Source: Eledone cirrhosa (Eukaryota). From it: a stretch of 64,000 bases of DNA. Shown here piece after piece: positions 12,013 through 25,882 of the stretch. Location: the NCBI GenBank assembly GCA_964016885.1, contig OZ024740.1, positions 377,208,001 through 377,272,000 on the forward strand, read 5' to 3'. A program made the translations under genes and the position numbers. Position 1 is the first letter of the stretch. Every line of letters begins with the position of its first letter. The notes under the pieces are model-generated. The model did not search any database, was not told where the DNA came from, and saw only the letters and a list, made by a program, of their open reading frames with translations.

Positions 12013-13843
12013 CTATATGAAGCACTATCAGCCAATACAAGCCGAAAACTCAGAAGAATATGGAGTGTACGTAGATTAAATCATAGGAAAATAATCGGGT
12101 AAAAATTATCAAGTAAAAAATTATCAAGTAAAAAATTATCAAGTGAAAATTGCTAAGGAAGTAAGTAACATTTTGAACCATATTACAAATATAGTCCAAT
12201 GCAAAAACTAGAGCTAAAACAGAGGTGGTGATATAGAGCGGGAATTATTGTACTATATATAATATAATATAATATAATATAATATAATATAATATAATAT
12301 AATATAATATAATATAATATAATATAATTAATGATGATAATAATAATAATGTTAAAAGGCCCAATATACATATATATATATATACATATGTACACTTATA
12401 TACATATATATCAATACACATGTCTATCAATAGAAGCACAAACTAACCCTTATTAAGAGTTTAAATATAAATAAGAATAATAAGAATAAAAATAAAAATA
12501 CAAATACAAATGAAAAATACAAATGAAAATAAAATTAAAATATAATACATAAAATATTTACAGTATAAAATGAAAAATAAATGATTAAAAGTAAGCATAA
12601 AATATATAATAAGCTATTTAATTATATAATAGATAATCTCCGGTTAATTTGCACAAACAATATAAATGTTACAATAACATTAAAATCACAATATTATAAT
12701 ATAATGGCATATAACTTAACAAATCATAGGTTTACAGTCAGGGTGAGAAAAGACATTGTACAGAACTAAATTATATTGGAAAAATTATGTTGGAAAAATA
12801 TCAAAACCATTGCAAGAAAATAGATCAAATTTCTATACAGTTGGCGTAAATAAATATTATCCAAACATTACAAGAATTATAAAAAATATAACATCTTACA
12901 GGATTTACAGAATTTAACATAACATAATGGTACATATAATAATCGGTAAATAATAATGATCAGTAGTACGTTTACAAAGAGTGGATTGATATAAAATTTC
13001 AATATAAAATATTGAACATAGTATAATATACATAATTACAAGGTTGGTGGAGAGACATTTGTGGATAAGTGAATGAGAGCCAGACAGACAGACTACGCAC
13101 GGTAGTATATATAAATTAATACAATCAACCGGAAATCGAAAAACAAAAAAACAAAAGTATTTACTTAGGTGTCGCATGCAGTTAAGTAACAAATTTTGGA
13201 AACAAACCCGGATAAATGACTAGAAAACCCTATTAAATTGATTAATATTGAAAGTAGTTAAAATACATAATAAGTCCATACAAAATTAGCTATGGTTTAA
13301 GTAATCAAAATCCCCGAATTTAAATATATCACTATAAAAATATATCTGGAAAAAAATGAAATATTCAACTATCAGTTGAATAACGTTATCTAATAAACAG
13401 ACTTTAAATAGAGTTACGGTAGGCCAATGGGGACAGAAAAAAAAGAAATGTATGGAGGATATGAAAGAGCATAAAATCGTAATCAACATACTGTATTATA
13501 CAATAGAAAGGAGCGTAAAAGGGAATTGGATATAATTATAGTATATTTGAAGGGGCGAGTGACAAGTATGTATGTGTGTGTGTGTGTGGGGGGTAGTTAT
13601 CCAAAGAAGAATCCAAATAAAATAAAATAGAATAATATAAAATAAAATAAAATATATAATCAGATATAAACTCATAAGGTGTTAATAGTGAAAATATAAT
13701 ATTTAAGAAGATAGAAATGGTATGGTAGCCAAAAGATTATGAAAGCTATAATGAAAAGCTGTCAAAAGCCAATGATAAAAATGATGATAATGATGGTGGT
13801 AAACATAATAAACCTTAACTAAAAAGATAAGGGAATGTAGCAG

Positions 13844-16532
13844 CTAATGGATACAATTTACACTACTAGAACCTTTAGGTTTATAATAAAAGTAAGAATT
13901 TGAAATGGCGTGGGGGCAAGAAGAGAATATCCCAGACTTTCTATTAAGTAAGGTTTCCCTAGAGAAAATTATAGAGTGGGTCTCAAGGATACAGAGATTG
14001 CAAAATTTAGTATGTGTTGAAAGGTTATTAGAGCGTGCTACTATACGCCAACTAAGGCTATATGGCATATTAGCCCCCTTAAGATCCCAGATATGGTGTG
14101 CTAAAGAAGTAGAATTCTTAAACTTAACATGTTTAAAATTAGAGATATGAGAATTAAACCTAGCCTTAAAAGTGTTAGATGTAGAGCCTATATACGTGTT
14201 ATTAAAAGAATTAGTTTTAACCACACAAGCATAAACGATGTTCTTAGAGAGGCAGTTACCGTTTAAAGGGCAGTTAGCACTCACTCTACAGTTACACTTC
14301 CGGGTGTTATTGATCGGCTGAAGTAGTGGTACATCGCACGTAGGATTACTATGAGATAAAGTCTGCTCTGGTGGTAAGGCATTTACGGATCTATTCTGAC
14401 TAACAGCACGTAGAGAGGAGTATCCATCCCTAATTTTCCCATTGTTAGTGCTAGCTAAATGAGAACTAATATTAGGGGTGGTAGAGAATGAAAGTTTAAT
14501 TACATTTTTATTAAAAATACTATGGTATTTATTAGTTGGAGGGAAGTTTTTCTCTAAGATAGAAAAGAAAGACCTAGGGATGTTAGTTACTACTTCCTGA
14601 TTATAAGGCGGGTTAAAATAAGCATTTAGTCTCCTTCTATTTTTATCCTTACCAACTCTACCGTTATCTATTGTCCCATTATTAAGATTTGGGTTACTAC
14701 AAGGATTAGTTAAAACCACATTACTAGAATCAGCCGAAACTCGATTAAGTCTCTTTCTGTTTCTACCTCTAGTATATCTGCCGCCAACTGGAATCATATC
14801 AAAAGGATTAGGGCCAATAATAGGATCAGTAGAAACAACATTATTAGAATTAGGTATATCAAAAGTATTACCAATGGGTGAGCGCTCAGAGGGCTCGACT
14901 TGATTCCTAGAAGTATTAGATTCTCTGCTACGAGTCCGGTGGCTTAACCCATGGATGGGTTCAGATACACCTATGTGATTTCTACGATTCTTATTCTTTC
15001 TACTCCCATTCATGGCCATATTATGGGATATTATGTTATTATTATTATAAGTAAGCGGAGACTTTCTAAGGTTACTATTATTATAATGTATTTTACCAGA
15101 GTAACCTGAGTTAGCTAGGGCATTATTATAGTACTCTGCATGTGCATTAAATGTTCCTATGTCCTTAGAGAGTCTGGAAATCCTATTAGATACACCATTA
15201 ATTATAGAGCGTATCATAGATTTGGGGTGGTTAGAATTTGGACTAACATAAGAGAGTATTTCATTAGGCTTATGGAAGGGTTTAAAACTATTAGTGACCA
15301 AGTCCAAAGTCACATCTAAAAAGTTGACCGCTCTATCGTTTCTATCTATCGTGATCGAAAGGTTATAGCTTTTTAAAAACTTATAAAGCTTCTTCTTATT
15401 ATGTTCGACGTTGTTGGTGCTAGAGTTAATCACAAACAATGCATCGTCACGATAAAGTCCGCCTTTAAGGTGCGGAAAAGTAACATATAGTTCATTTAGG
15501 AGGAACAACCCAACAAGATCAGTTACCTGGGCCGAATCACTCGAACCCATTGTAACGTCGAAATTATTGGGCGTGTTTTTACGGGTCCAAAAAGTATCCT
15601 CAAAATTAATGATAGTTCTACGGGCTGCTAGTATAATATCTACCTGTGATCGTGTAAGGCTGGACACTCTCATAGCCAACATTAAGGCTCTATTAAGGAG
15701 GATGGGTGAAATCGATGTGTAATAGGCATCAATATCGAACTGGATAAACTTACTAGATTCAAGTTTATTAATGCCAGAGAACCAATCTATAATCTCCTTA
15801 GTGTTCCCCCAAAGGTTAAAATTAACCTTCTCCCTAACATCTGGCATAATAAGGTCAAGGATTTTTTTTACTAATTATGGCTATGTCAGACTTAGAAGGA
15901 CAGATGAGTCTAACAGAGGGATTACTAATGAAGTCTACCTTATGATCCTTAAGAGTGAATCTCGGTTCTCTAGGGTAATATGGCTGGGTATACTTATCTA
16001 GGCCAAGATCCGAGACTATCTTAAGACCCTCACTATTGATATGGTTCAAATTATCCTGCGTAGTTTTTTTATAATTTCTATGCAGCTCCTTATAAATAAA
16101 ATCGCGGTAAGCGCTGTAATCCATAGAGTATAGATTCTTAGTCTTATCAGCCGGGACAAGAATAGACTTATTCGCACTAAAACCCTTAACAATATTTTTA
16201 GGTCTAGACTGGAACTTGTCAAACTTATTATAATTTCCATGTCTAGTATATGGCCTATACTTAATATTTTTGACAAGGGAAAGTAAGCCATTTTCAAAGT
16301 TATCTAGTAGTACATTATGTGGTGGGCTCTTATAAGTTTTGAAGCCAAAGTTATTGAAATGAGTTCTATGCTTGGGGTCAGTCCTATTCCTATTAATATC
16401 ATAGAGGAAAGCACGCCATCTAATCCTTTTTACGAAGGAGTTAACACTAGCAATTAATAGTTTTTCATAAGTATTTCTAGAGGGGATGGGAATATTCTTC
16501 AGAGATAAAGGCAGGTAACTCTTTGTTAGCAT
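13844..16532 (-). CDS. PLE reverse transcriptase / GIY-YIG endonuclease polyprotein, split by one frameshift in an A8 run at 15862-15869
   Basis: RT motifs FDIDAYY, VTMGS...DLVG, LYRDD, FLDVTL. C-terminus CNC...CPLNGNC...IVY...YIGST...FKARF...H...HIWDLK...CNLC...E...LLN...CPH. Removing one A gives SKKILDLIMPD, matching SKKIVDRIIPQ of PLE-1. Confidence 0.9.
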
Positions 16533-16719
16533 ACTGTCAGATATATATAAAGGCCAAAACACCAGTATAAAGGAGGAAGCTCAACCAATCGGGAGCAGTA
16601 ACAAGAATTGAAATACTAGAGTGTGTTGGAGTTAGACACTCTCTTCGTATTATAGAAATGACAGTAAAGGTATAGCTCAATGTAATTAAACAGAGCCGAA
16701 GAATATATTGTATATTTTC

Positions 16720-16769
<50 letters not shown>

Positions 16770-16868
16770 AACGTATTTAGGACTGCTTAGATTATACAAA
16801 CATGTTTTTTAATATATATATACATACATACATACATACATACATACATACATACATACATACATACA

Positions 16869-16901
<33 letters not shown>

Positions 16902-18439
16902 GTGTGTGTGTGTGTGTGTAATATCTATATATATATATACAGCTATACATACATATGTACTTAGAGGGAGACTTGTGTTTGTGTGTTTATACAAGTTCTT
17001 ATTGTTGTAGTTGTTTAACGTCAGGTCAGACTTAACTGAGCAAATCAGTGTTCAAAGATGTTTGGGCTGTTACCAATCAGTCATTGTCTTTTCAGATATG
17101 ATCTCTCTAAGTCTACATTGACAACGTGTCGTTTTTCTTTATAGCTGGGTACGATGTATGAGCGATTTTGTGTAGGTTATAAATAAAGTTTGATTAAATG
17201 GCCAGTCAATAAAATAAAATAAAATAAAATGAATATAAGAGGCCATCTACCTGAAATGTGTTATTTAGACTACCTATTATATAGAGTTTGTTGTAGTAGT
17301 GTAGTATTCACTAGATTAAATGTACGTTGTTTAATAAAAGTAATATTTTATGTCTTGGTGCCTCAGATCTTATTCCACTGGACCTGTCTTAAATGATATT
17401 TGTCATGTAAAATATTTCTCTGTGATTTATAATTTGTTATATTTCTCTCTAACATCCTCTCATTTTGTTTCTTCTATTCTTTTTTTCTTTCATTCGTTTT
17501 ATTTTTTCTTCCATTCATTTTATTATTATTATTATTTTTTTTTTTGTCTCGCAAACGTCTTTCACTCGTCTTTTCTACTTTCAATTCTTTTCCATTTACT
17601 ATATCATTTTCCTTTCCTTTTCCGTCATTCACTACTTTCTTGCTTCGTCTTCCCCCTACTCTAACTTACACCCCCCCCCCCCCGTCACTTTTTTGGCGTG
17701 TCATCTCTTTTTTTCCCTTTTCTCCAGCCAAGGACACTTTCTTTATAAATCCTTCTGATTTTCACTATCTCTCACATGCTCTCTCACTCACTCTCTCTGT
17801 CGTCTGCACACACTAACTCATTATATTTCGCTATATATATATATAAGAGTGGATGTGAGTATATATATATACGTTTGAATATGTATAATAAAGCCAAAAC
17901 AATGCAGGTATGGACATAGAAAAAAGAATGCAATTGCAAAAGATATTGTTGACAAATGGTCTTTTACCTTAGATTTATTTAAATGTCCTTAATTTTCGAG
18001 ATAATATCTCTTCTTCAGAGGGAAATAAAGGTCTCAAACCAGCGTTCTAAATATCTTACCAAGCCATGCTGACAGGAAATAGTATAGAGTATCTGTTCTA
18101 TCTCTAATGTCAAAGAGTTAAAATTAGGTGGATAAAGAGTAGTCTCCCTTTAAAAGGGCTTTGTTTAGGTTTTTTTATTTATTTTTTTTTTTTTTATATA
18201 CATGCCTGTTTAAGTGTGTGGGAGAATGCAAGAAGGTGTAAGTATGTGAGTGTGTGTGTGTGAGTGTGAGAAGATAAGTCTATTCGTAAATGTGGGAGAT
18301 AGGTGTTATCTGGTGTTAGAACTGGTTTTGTGTGTGTATGTGTGAGAGAGAATAAGTGGAGGTGTAAGCGTGTGTGTGTGTGCGTGCGCGTATGTGTGTG
18401 GGGGGTGTAAATATGGGGCTAGAAGCCCTATCAGGGTAA

Positions 18440-20070
18440 AGAGTTTTGCGTCATCTCTCAAGCCACATACAATAACATAGCCTTTGAACACCTAAGCGAC
18501 AATGAATTATACACAGAGATCCCGGACATGACTGCAGCCCAGATCGAAAAACAGACCAACTCCATTTGGTTCGATATCTGTAGGAGAAGACAACTCCCAA
18601 ATAAAGTTAAGCTCAACTACACCACTAGAAATAGCAGACTGTCCACTTTCTACCACCTCATCAAGACCCACAAGAATAGTACTAAGACGCAAATAAGACC
18701 CATCGTCTCTAGCATAGAAGGACCCCTATACAAAATTTCCTGGCTCCTCTCCCAGGTCCTCAAGCCTCTACTCTCCACCTTTCCCGGGCATGTCAGTAGC
18801 TCCGACGAAGTTACACGTAGACTACACCAACTCCAGCCAGAACAACTTAAACTAAGTAAATACGCTTTTAGCCTAGACGTTGTCTCCCTCTACAGTCCCC
18901 GCTCATCCAGCTGTCGATTTATTGACGGACTGCATGGTCGCAGAGGACATCCACTGCTACGGCCTCCACCCGACGGACATACACCAGCTTTTGTCCTTCA
19001 TAGTAGACAACACGTACTTCACCTTCCACCACCACACATACAGACAGACAACATGATTACCCATGGGATCCAGCCTATCGGGCCTGCTGGCCATCACCTA
19101 CATGAACCAGCTAGAATGCCGAGCCCTCAACACCTGCCACTCCCATGCCTCCTTCACCCGATATGTAGATGACATACTCATCCTTACATCATCCCGTGAG
19201 GAGGCAGATAAAATATACACAGCATTCTCCAGCATGGACGCCAGTATAAAGTTCAGCATGGAACACCCCGATGACCGCGGATCCCTATCCCTACTGGACT
19301 TCCAACTCAGGGTAACAGAGGAAGGCAACATCCACATCTGCTTCTATAAAAAAGCCGCCAGCAGGGACCTGTTCGTACATTTCAGATCAGCCCTCCCACT
19401 CGGTGCCAAGTTTGGATACATAAAGAACGAACTGGCACGTATCCGGAACAAATGCACCGACGCTAGAGACCGAGACACACACACCACACATTTCCTGGAA
19501 GTACTCAAACTGAACGGATACACGACATCCACCACAAACCGAGCCAGAAAGAACAGAGGACACCACACCCGAGGCACTAACACTTGCTTCCTGAAGCTCC
19601 CACACTTCAGTGAAGAAACAACAACAGCCATCCGCAGAGCCATCAGACGAGAGGGACTAGATATCCAACTGGCCCACTCAGGTCCTTCTCTACGCGGACA
19701 GCTAACGAAAAGACACTCCACCAGACATGACAACTGCTGCAGACTAGCCAACTGCCCCATCAACGACACAGACCTATGCCACCAGGCTTACGTCGTATAC
19801 AGACTAGAGTGTGACAAATGCAACAACTTCTACGTAGGTAGCACCACCAGACCACTCCACATAAGAATAAAAGAACACCTCAATACTAACGCTTCCTCAT
19901 TTAAGAAACACCTAGTTAAATGCAAAAACACCGACAAAACCATAACAGTTAGGATAGAAACTAAGGAAAGAAACCTCGGCAATCTTAGAATTAAGGAATC
20001 ACTAATTATAGATAAAACACAACCACCAATCAATAATAGACTAGAACTCAGCACCCAATTTATAACCTGA
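18440..20070 (+). pseudogene. PLE-3 RT plus GIY-YIG ORF, 5'-truncated and frameshifted near 18895
   Basis: LIKTHK, IRPIVS, SLDVVSLY, MGSSLS, RYVDD, LSLLDF, VVYRLECDKCNNFYVGSTTRPLHIRIKEH, KESLII...PPIN. Confidence 0.88.
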
Positions 20071-20468
20071 TAGGGCTTCTAGCCCCATATTTACACACCC
20101 CACACACACACACGCACGCACGCACACACACACATGCTTACACCTCCACTTATTCTCTCTCACACATACACACACAAAACCAGTTCTAACACCAGATAAC
20201 ACCTATCTCCCACATTTACGAATAGACTTATCTTCTCACACTCACACACACACACTCACATACTTACACCTTCATGCATTCTCCCACACACTTAAACAGG
20301 CATGTATATAAACAAAAATTTAAAAAAAAAACCCTAAACAAAGCCCTTTTAAAGGGAGACTACTCTTTATCCACCTAATTTTAACTCTTTGACATTAGAG
20401 ATAGAACAGATACTCTATACTATTTCCTGTCAGCATGGCTTGGTAAGATATTTAGAACGCTGGTTTGA

Positions 20469-20536
20469 GACCTTTATTTCCCTCTGAAGAAGAGATATTA
20501 TCTCGAAAATTAAGGACATTTAAATAAATCTAAGGT
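20469..20536 (+). ncRNA. Minimal hammerhead motif in the PLE-3 pLTR (inverted copy about 17966-18033)
   Basis: cct CTGAAGA agagat-at-tatctc GAAA at TA agg. Stem I extended by tttattt/aaataaa and acct/aggt. Confidence 0.6.
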
Positions 20537-20674
20537 AAAAGACGATTTGTCAACAATATCTTTTGCAATTGCATTCTTTTTTCTATGTCCATACCTGCAT
20601 TGTTTTGGCTTTATGATACATATTCAAACGTTTATACCTCATTATACAATGCTTCAAGTGAACTATAACCTCCT

Positions 20675-20723
<49 letters not shown>

Positions 20724-20740
20724 TTCTCTATTTGTTTTTG

Positions 20741-20797
<57 letters not shown>

Positions 20798-21299
20798 AAC
20801 CATCTCTTTTTTATATTTCTTTTGTCTCTACATTTCTCTCTTTTCTTTTATTGTTTCATTTTATTTTATTTTACCTACATGAAATGGACCTACATGAACT
20901 TAACCTACATGAAATGGACGAACTTCACAACACCCCATGCTATATATAGAAACAAATATTACGTACAGAACGAAACGTTCATAATGCAAGAAGTCAATCC
21001 CTTGATTCGATGGAAATGTTACACTCCAAATATATTAAGAATTATTTCTGCATTTCTGAAATAGTTCCCATCACCTGAGGAATTGAGTTCATAAGATAAT
21101 TATCTCTAGATTACATAAGGTAAATATCTATTAATCATGTGTCTATCTTTCAATATTTGTTTATCTCCACTAATTTGTTATATTTCCTTTCAACAAAATA
21201 TTATTACTCCAGTCTCCCTATTTATCTTTTTAGAATGAATTCTCGCCTCTTTTCTATTTAAATGTTTATGTCTCTATCTCACCCTTATTCTATATCTCT

Positions 21300-21360
<61 letters not shown>

Positions 21361-21380
21361 TCTCTCTCTCTCTCTCTCTT

Positions 21381-21447
<67 letters not shown>

Positions 21448-22399
21448 ATTTTTATCTTTATAATTCTTCGCATAAAATTGGTAATTCCCCCTTAACGTTT
21501 CATAATTTTGTATAAATGAATGAAATCGTATGTAATTGTCCTCAGAGCTTAATTAAATGAATTGTGTTGTTGGTGTAATTATCATCATCATTATTATCAT
21601 GAAGACATGCTATTGTGAGCTCGAATAAGTTTTGTTTTAACGTATTTAAATTATTTTGCTGTTAGAATTTTTTGTTGCAAAGAGAATATATAAAGTTTTA
21701 GTCTATACCCTCAAGAAGGGAGACCCCATAATATTTGGACCTTGGGCTGAAATACTTCAACTTTATTTTTAAAATTTACGCTCACAACCGTTTTCTTTTT
21801 TTTTGGGGGGGGGGGGGGGGGTTAATGGAGGCGATACGCTCCCTACTTACAACCAAAGTATCGAAAGGTGTGCGTCACGTAACAGCGACTTGGATTCAAG
21901 TCCAAATGTCGACAAGAACGTCACTACAACTACCGCCAATATCACCAACACCAATACAGACATTAGCACTACTGCAGCAGCAGTAACAAAAACATTAAAG
22001 CCAGCACAAACAACAACGACAAAGTTCATACAATAAAAATATATGAACATGTATATACCGCAATACTGGAGTCCAACACATCACCACCATCAATTCCTAC
22101 TACTGTTGTTGACGTAAGTAAGGTTCTTGGTTGTATTCTGACTGCTGATGGTTGGTTTACTGCCAGTGTGAGATTTGGCAAACGAACCCACATCCACAAC
22201 AACAACAGCAAATCTATATAAATGGCACAAATCACAAACACATTTGAAATGTAAATTCCTGATGTAATTGGAGACTACTGAGGGACACTTTCCAAAAGAA
22301 ATTATACCGACATTTCGGTACAGGAGCCCACAACTAGCTGGAAGGACGGATCAATTGTCTTTCCTCCAAAAGCATCTAAGTGGTCTCCCCACTTTTTCC

Positions 22400-23985
22400 T
22401 CCTCTTTATCCAACACGGCCTCATTCAGACTAGGCTACATAAATGCTCGTGATCTAGGGTTGTCTTGGAAGCAGAGCCACCTACTCAAAGACCTCATAAT
22501 GTGGTGGCTATCAGTGAGACTAGAGTTTCCAAGAAATAAGCCTTGGCACCCATTTTCAGTGGCTACGAGGTGTATACATCACCAAGCCGCCCGGAATCTG
22601 GAGGTGGAGTTGCTACGTTTCACTATACCGACCATCTTCCTGGACTCAGAAGGCAAGATGGTGGTGCTGAACGTGACCAACAGCGAACGATATGCTTTGT
22701 GGCTAGTGGCTATCTATGTCCCGACAAAAGCAGGACGCCCTGATTTCTTTAGGCGCCTCGAGACTTTTCTAAGAATGTAGGTAACTGTAAGTAGATAACT
22801 GGAACCGTAGCTTAGACCCATGCTGGGACTGTTTGGGGACAGCAGATAGGGGAGGAGGGTGTAAAGGCCTCGCAAACTGACTCACACATTTCCAATTGTC
22901 TGACAGGTACCAACTGGATTTCCCGACAGTGCCAATGTCGACATGGACAAACCGTATCGGGTCATCCAGGTCTTATCTAGATATGTATTTTGAAGCAGAT
23001 AAGGTTAACATAAGCTGTCCACAATTCAACATAGTCGACTATACAGTCTACAAATTTGTAATCTGTACAGTCGACTTCAATAGGCTTCAAAGGCAGGAAC
23101 CCGGTTGCTTGAGGCTGAACGCGTCCTGTCTAGCGCGCAAGTCCTACAGAGACTGATTAGTGAATTAGTTAAGTGGGCGTTGATGGAGGCAATTGCCTAC
23201 GACAAATGGTCGTTTGCCCTAAAAGGTGAGATTAGAGTAGAATCGATAAGGTTTGGTATAGGATTAACGATAGAGAAAACTAGACTAGAGAATGAGATAG
23301 TTAGAAAGCTAGAAGAAGCTTTTATGAAAAGTAACGCAACCGACGAGCTTGCGGCGAGATTGGCTCTGGACTAATTCTTCAATACAAAACACAAACACTG
23401 CATTGTCAGAACTAGGGTGCGTGCTCTTAGTTACCAGGGAACGAAAGGCGTTTGATGGGCCCGAGTGGCGGAAGCGTGGCGTGGTAACAAAGCCAAAATC
23501 TGGTCTTTGGCGGACCATTGTGGGTACATGTTACTCAATTCCAGGCAGATATAAGCGGCTTTTCAGCAATCACTTCACTCAACTGTCCGTGAGTGGTGGT
23601 GGGTAATGGATTTCAGTGCCTACTTTGATAGCCTGCTGCGGATCTCGACCACGGGGATAATGTTGTGAAAACCGATAACAGCCACTCAAATACGGGAGGC
23701 AATGACTAACTGCACGGGAGATAAATCACCTGGATTGGATGGTCTGCCTACGAGCTTTACGTTTACTTGCTTGAGTTGTTCAGTGACCTCTTAGCAGAAG
23801 TCTATTGCAACTGGCAGCAGAACGGCAGAATTCCCAGTTCCGTGAGCGGTGAAGTGGTGGCGCTGCTGACAAAGAACCCGAACAAGGGAGACCATATTGA
23901 TAAATTTAGGCCCATAACACTGCTAGATATAGAGTTTAAAATTTGGGCCAAGTTGTTATCGACGAGGCTGGCACTTGCTGTCAGT
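22400..23985 (+). pseudogene. Degenerate L1/Tx1-like LINE ORF2 (APE plus start of RT)
   Basis: GYINARDL, LVAIYVP, TWTN...SYLD, KSPGLDGLP, FRPITLLDIEFKIWAKLLSTRL across several frames. Truncated by a SINE. Confidence 0.75.
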
Positions 23986-24170
23986 GGATTGGCAGTATCG
24001 GTAGAGCGGCAGATAACATGATTTATGGCATATACATACGTCCCTTTACGTTAGGATATCATTTTTACGGGGTTGCTAAAATAAAGTACTAGTAACGAAC
24101 TGGAGTCGTTTTATCGACTTTCGCCGTCCTTTCAAATTGCTGGCTATGTGCCAAAAGTAGAAACAATTAT
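23985..24170 (+). mobile_element. Diverged Nin/Deu-domain SINE
   Basis: ggattggcagtatcggtagag head and ttacggggttgctaaaataaagtact. Confidence 0.6.
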
Positions 24171-25073
24171 GGTTATGAATACCATTATTATTTTAGTTGT
24201 TTTCTTGTTACTCTTTAATTTCGCTGCGCACCAAATGCAGTTCCGTGTGCCTTTGCGACGTACTTTTTTGGTTTTTATATTATTGTTGTTGTTTTTTTTA
24301 TTTCATTGAGATTATTAATTGTAATTTTCAAAGTGGGCCATAACGATTCAACGTAAGGTCTTTCCGATTTAAAATGAGATTCAAGATTTGAAAATGAGAC
24401 GTTACGTCTAAAAAGTGATAATAGCGATTTCAAATGAGATTAACACATAAATTTGACTCCGATATTTTGATGGACGAACAGAGCGCATGACATGACATCG
24501 TAATATCATTTGTAATATCAGCAATTTTATTAATTCGCTAATGAGGCAAACAATTCAGGATATTGTTCCAGTTCAGTATCTTCCAGTTCATTCAGAGATA
24601 AGCTCGGCTATAGCATCGGTCAACAATTATAATAATCTATAAGCTGACAACAAACAACGTTGAACACTTTTGTCTTCTTTGTTCCATGTTCACTTGATGA
24701 TGCATACGCTTAACTCTTAAATGGTGCCACACTCTGCCTAAAACAGGCAACGGTTTTAGAATTCGCACACTCCGTCAGGTTTTTTCAATGCAATAATTCC
24801 TTAAAATCCAAGCTATTACTATCGCAATGAAAAAGAAGCGGTCTTCCCTTTTTATTTTGTTTATAATATCGTACTTTCCAACTGATAAAGTTTTCCCTTT
24901 CGTAAGCGAATATGCGTTCTGTATTTAGGGCTAATTGAATCAAGCAAGTTTATATTGTGTTTAAACGATATAAGCTTGCAAAAGAATCGCTATTCTCACA
25001 TTGAAATTATGTTCCCGCCTTGAAGTCGTTATTGTCACGTTGAACTACATGCACTCACGTTGAATTACAAACA

Positions 25074-25387
25074 CAGTGGAACCTCGGTTCACGACGAACA
25101 ATTATTCCGAACATAAAGCGTCTCGGTTCAGGAACGATGTCTCGAGTAACGAAGATGAAAGCCGGCAACAACGGTTGGCAGCAAGCTTGGAGTATCGGCG
25201 GGAAAGCATCATATGCTGTGTAATTAGTTACTATGGTGATAACTAGCTGTCTTTCACACACAGTCTCTCTCTCACTGTATTTTTCTCTCAACATTTCGTA
25301 TAGAAAAAAATAGATTCGGTTTCCGAACATTTCGGGTGACGAACGACCTTCAGGAACGAATTAAGTTCGTGAACAGAAATTCCATAG
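25074..25387. mobile_element. Tigger/pogo-like MITE
   Basis: Imperfect TIRs cagtggaacctcggttcacga / tcgtgaacagaaattccatag followed by TA. No ORF. Confidence 0.6.
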
Positions 25388-25536
25388 TACTGTATTTTCT
25401 GTGTTGCGTATTTGTAAGTCATGGAGAGGGGTTGTTTATATAAGATTTTGCATCAACTTCTTCAGCAATAACTTGGAGATTTTTTACGTTTTCAGAAGTT
25501 GGTAAGCGGAAACTGCAAAAGCTCATTGCACATGTA

Positions 25537-25584
<48 letters not shown>

Positions 25585-25727
25585 CAGATTAAACTTGAAT
25601 CTGTTCTAATAATAAATATTTTCTCTACGGATTTACATATATATATATATATATATATGTATGCATGTATATATATATAATCTTTATCGGGCGCACTTCA
25701 GATTTTAGTCTTCACATTTATTATTAC

Positions 25728-25882
<155 letters not shown>

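Larger units (their letters stand above)
11816..16722 (-). mobile_element. Near-intact Naiad-type Penelope-like element (PLE-2) inserted in (TA)n
   Basis: About 100-bp direct terminal repeat (11817-11918 = 16602-16704), RT plus GIY-YIG ORF, a 1.9-kb 3' UTR containing a hammerhead, and (TA)n on both sides. Confidence 0.9.
17871..20631 (+). mobile_element. 5'-truncated Penelope-like element (PLE-3, Penelope/Poseidon or Neptune type) with inverted 5' pLTR
   Basis: 17871-18436 is the reverse complement of 20065-20631, enclosing RT and GIY-YIG ORFs. Confidence 0.9.

Noticed and set aside
15855-15875. Programmed ribosomal frameshift at the A8 run
   Set aside because: The homologous PLE-1 region reads through in one frame. 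A single homopolymer insertion or sequencing error is simpler.
13844-16532. Selenoprotein-type recoding, reported for some Naiad elements
   Set aside because: No in-frame TGA in the reconstructed ORF and no SECIS recognised.
21803-22110. Thr-rich ORF resembling a mucin exon
   Set aside because: Low-complexity ACN repeats with no splice or homology support. May be decayed sequence upstream of the L1/Tx1 fragment.
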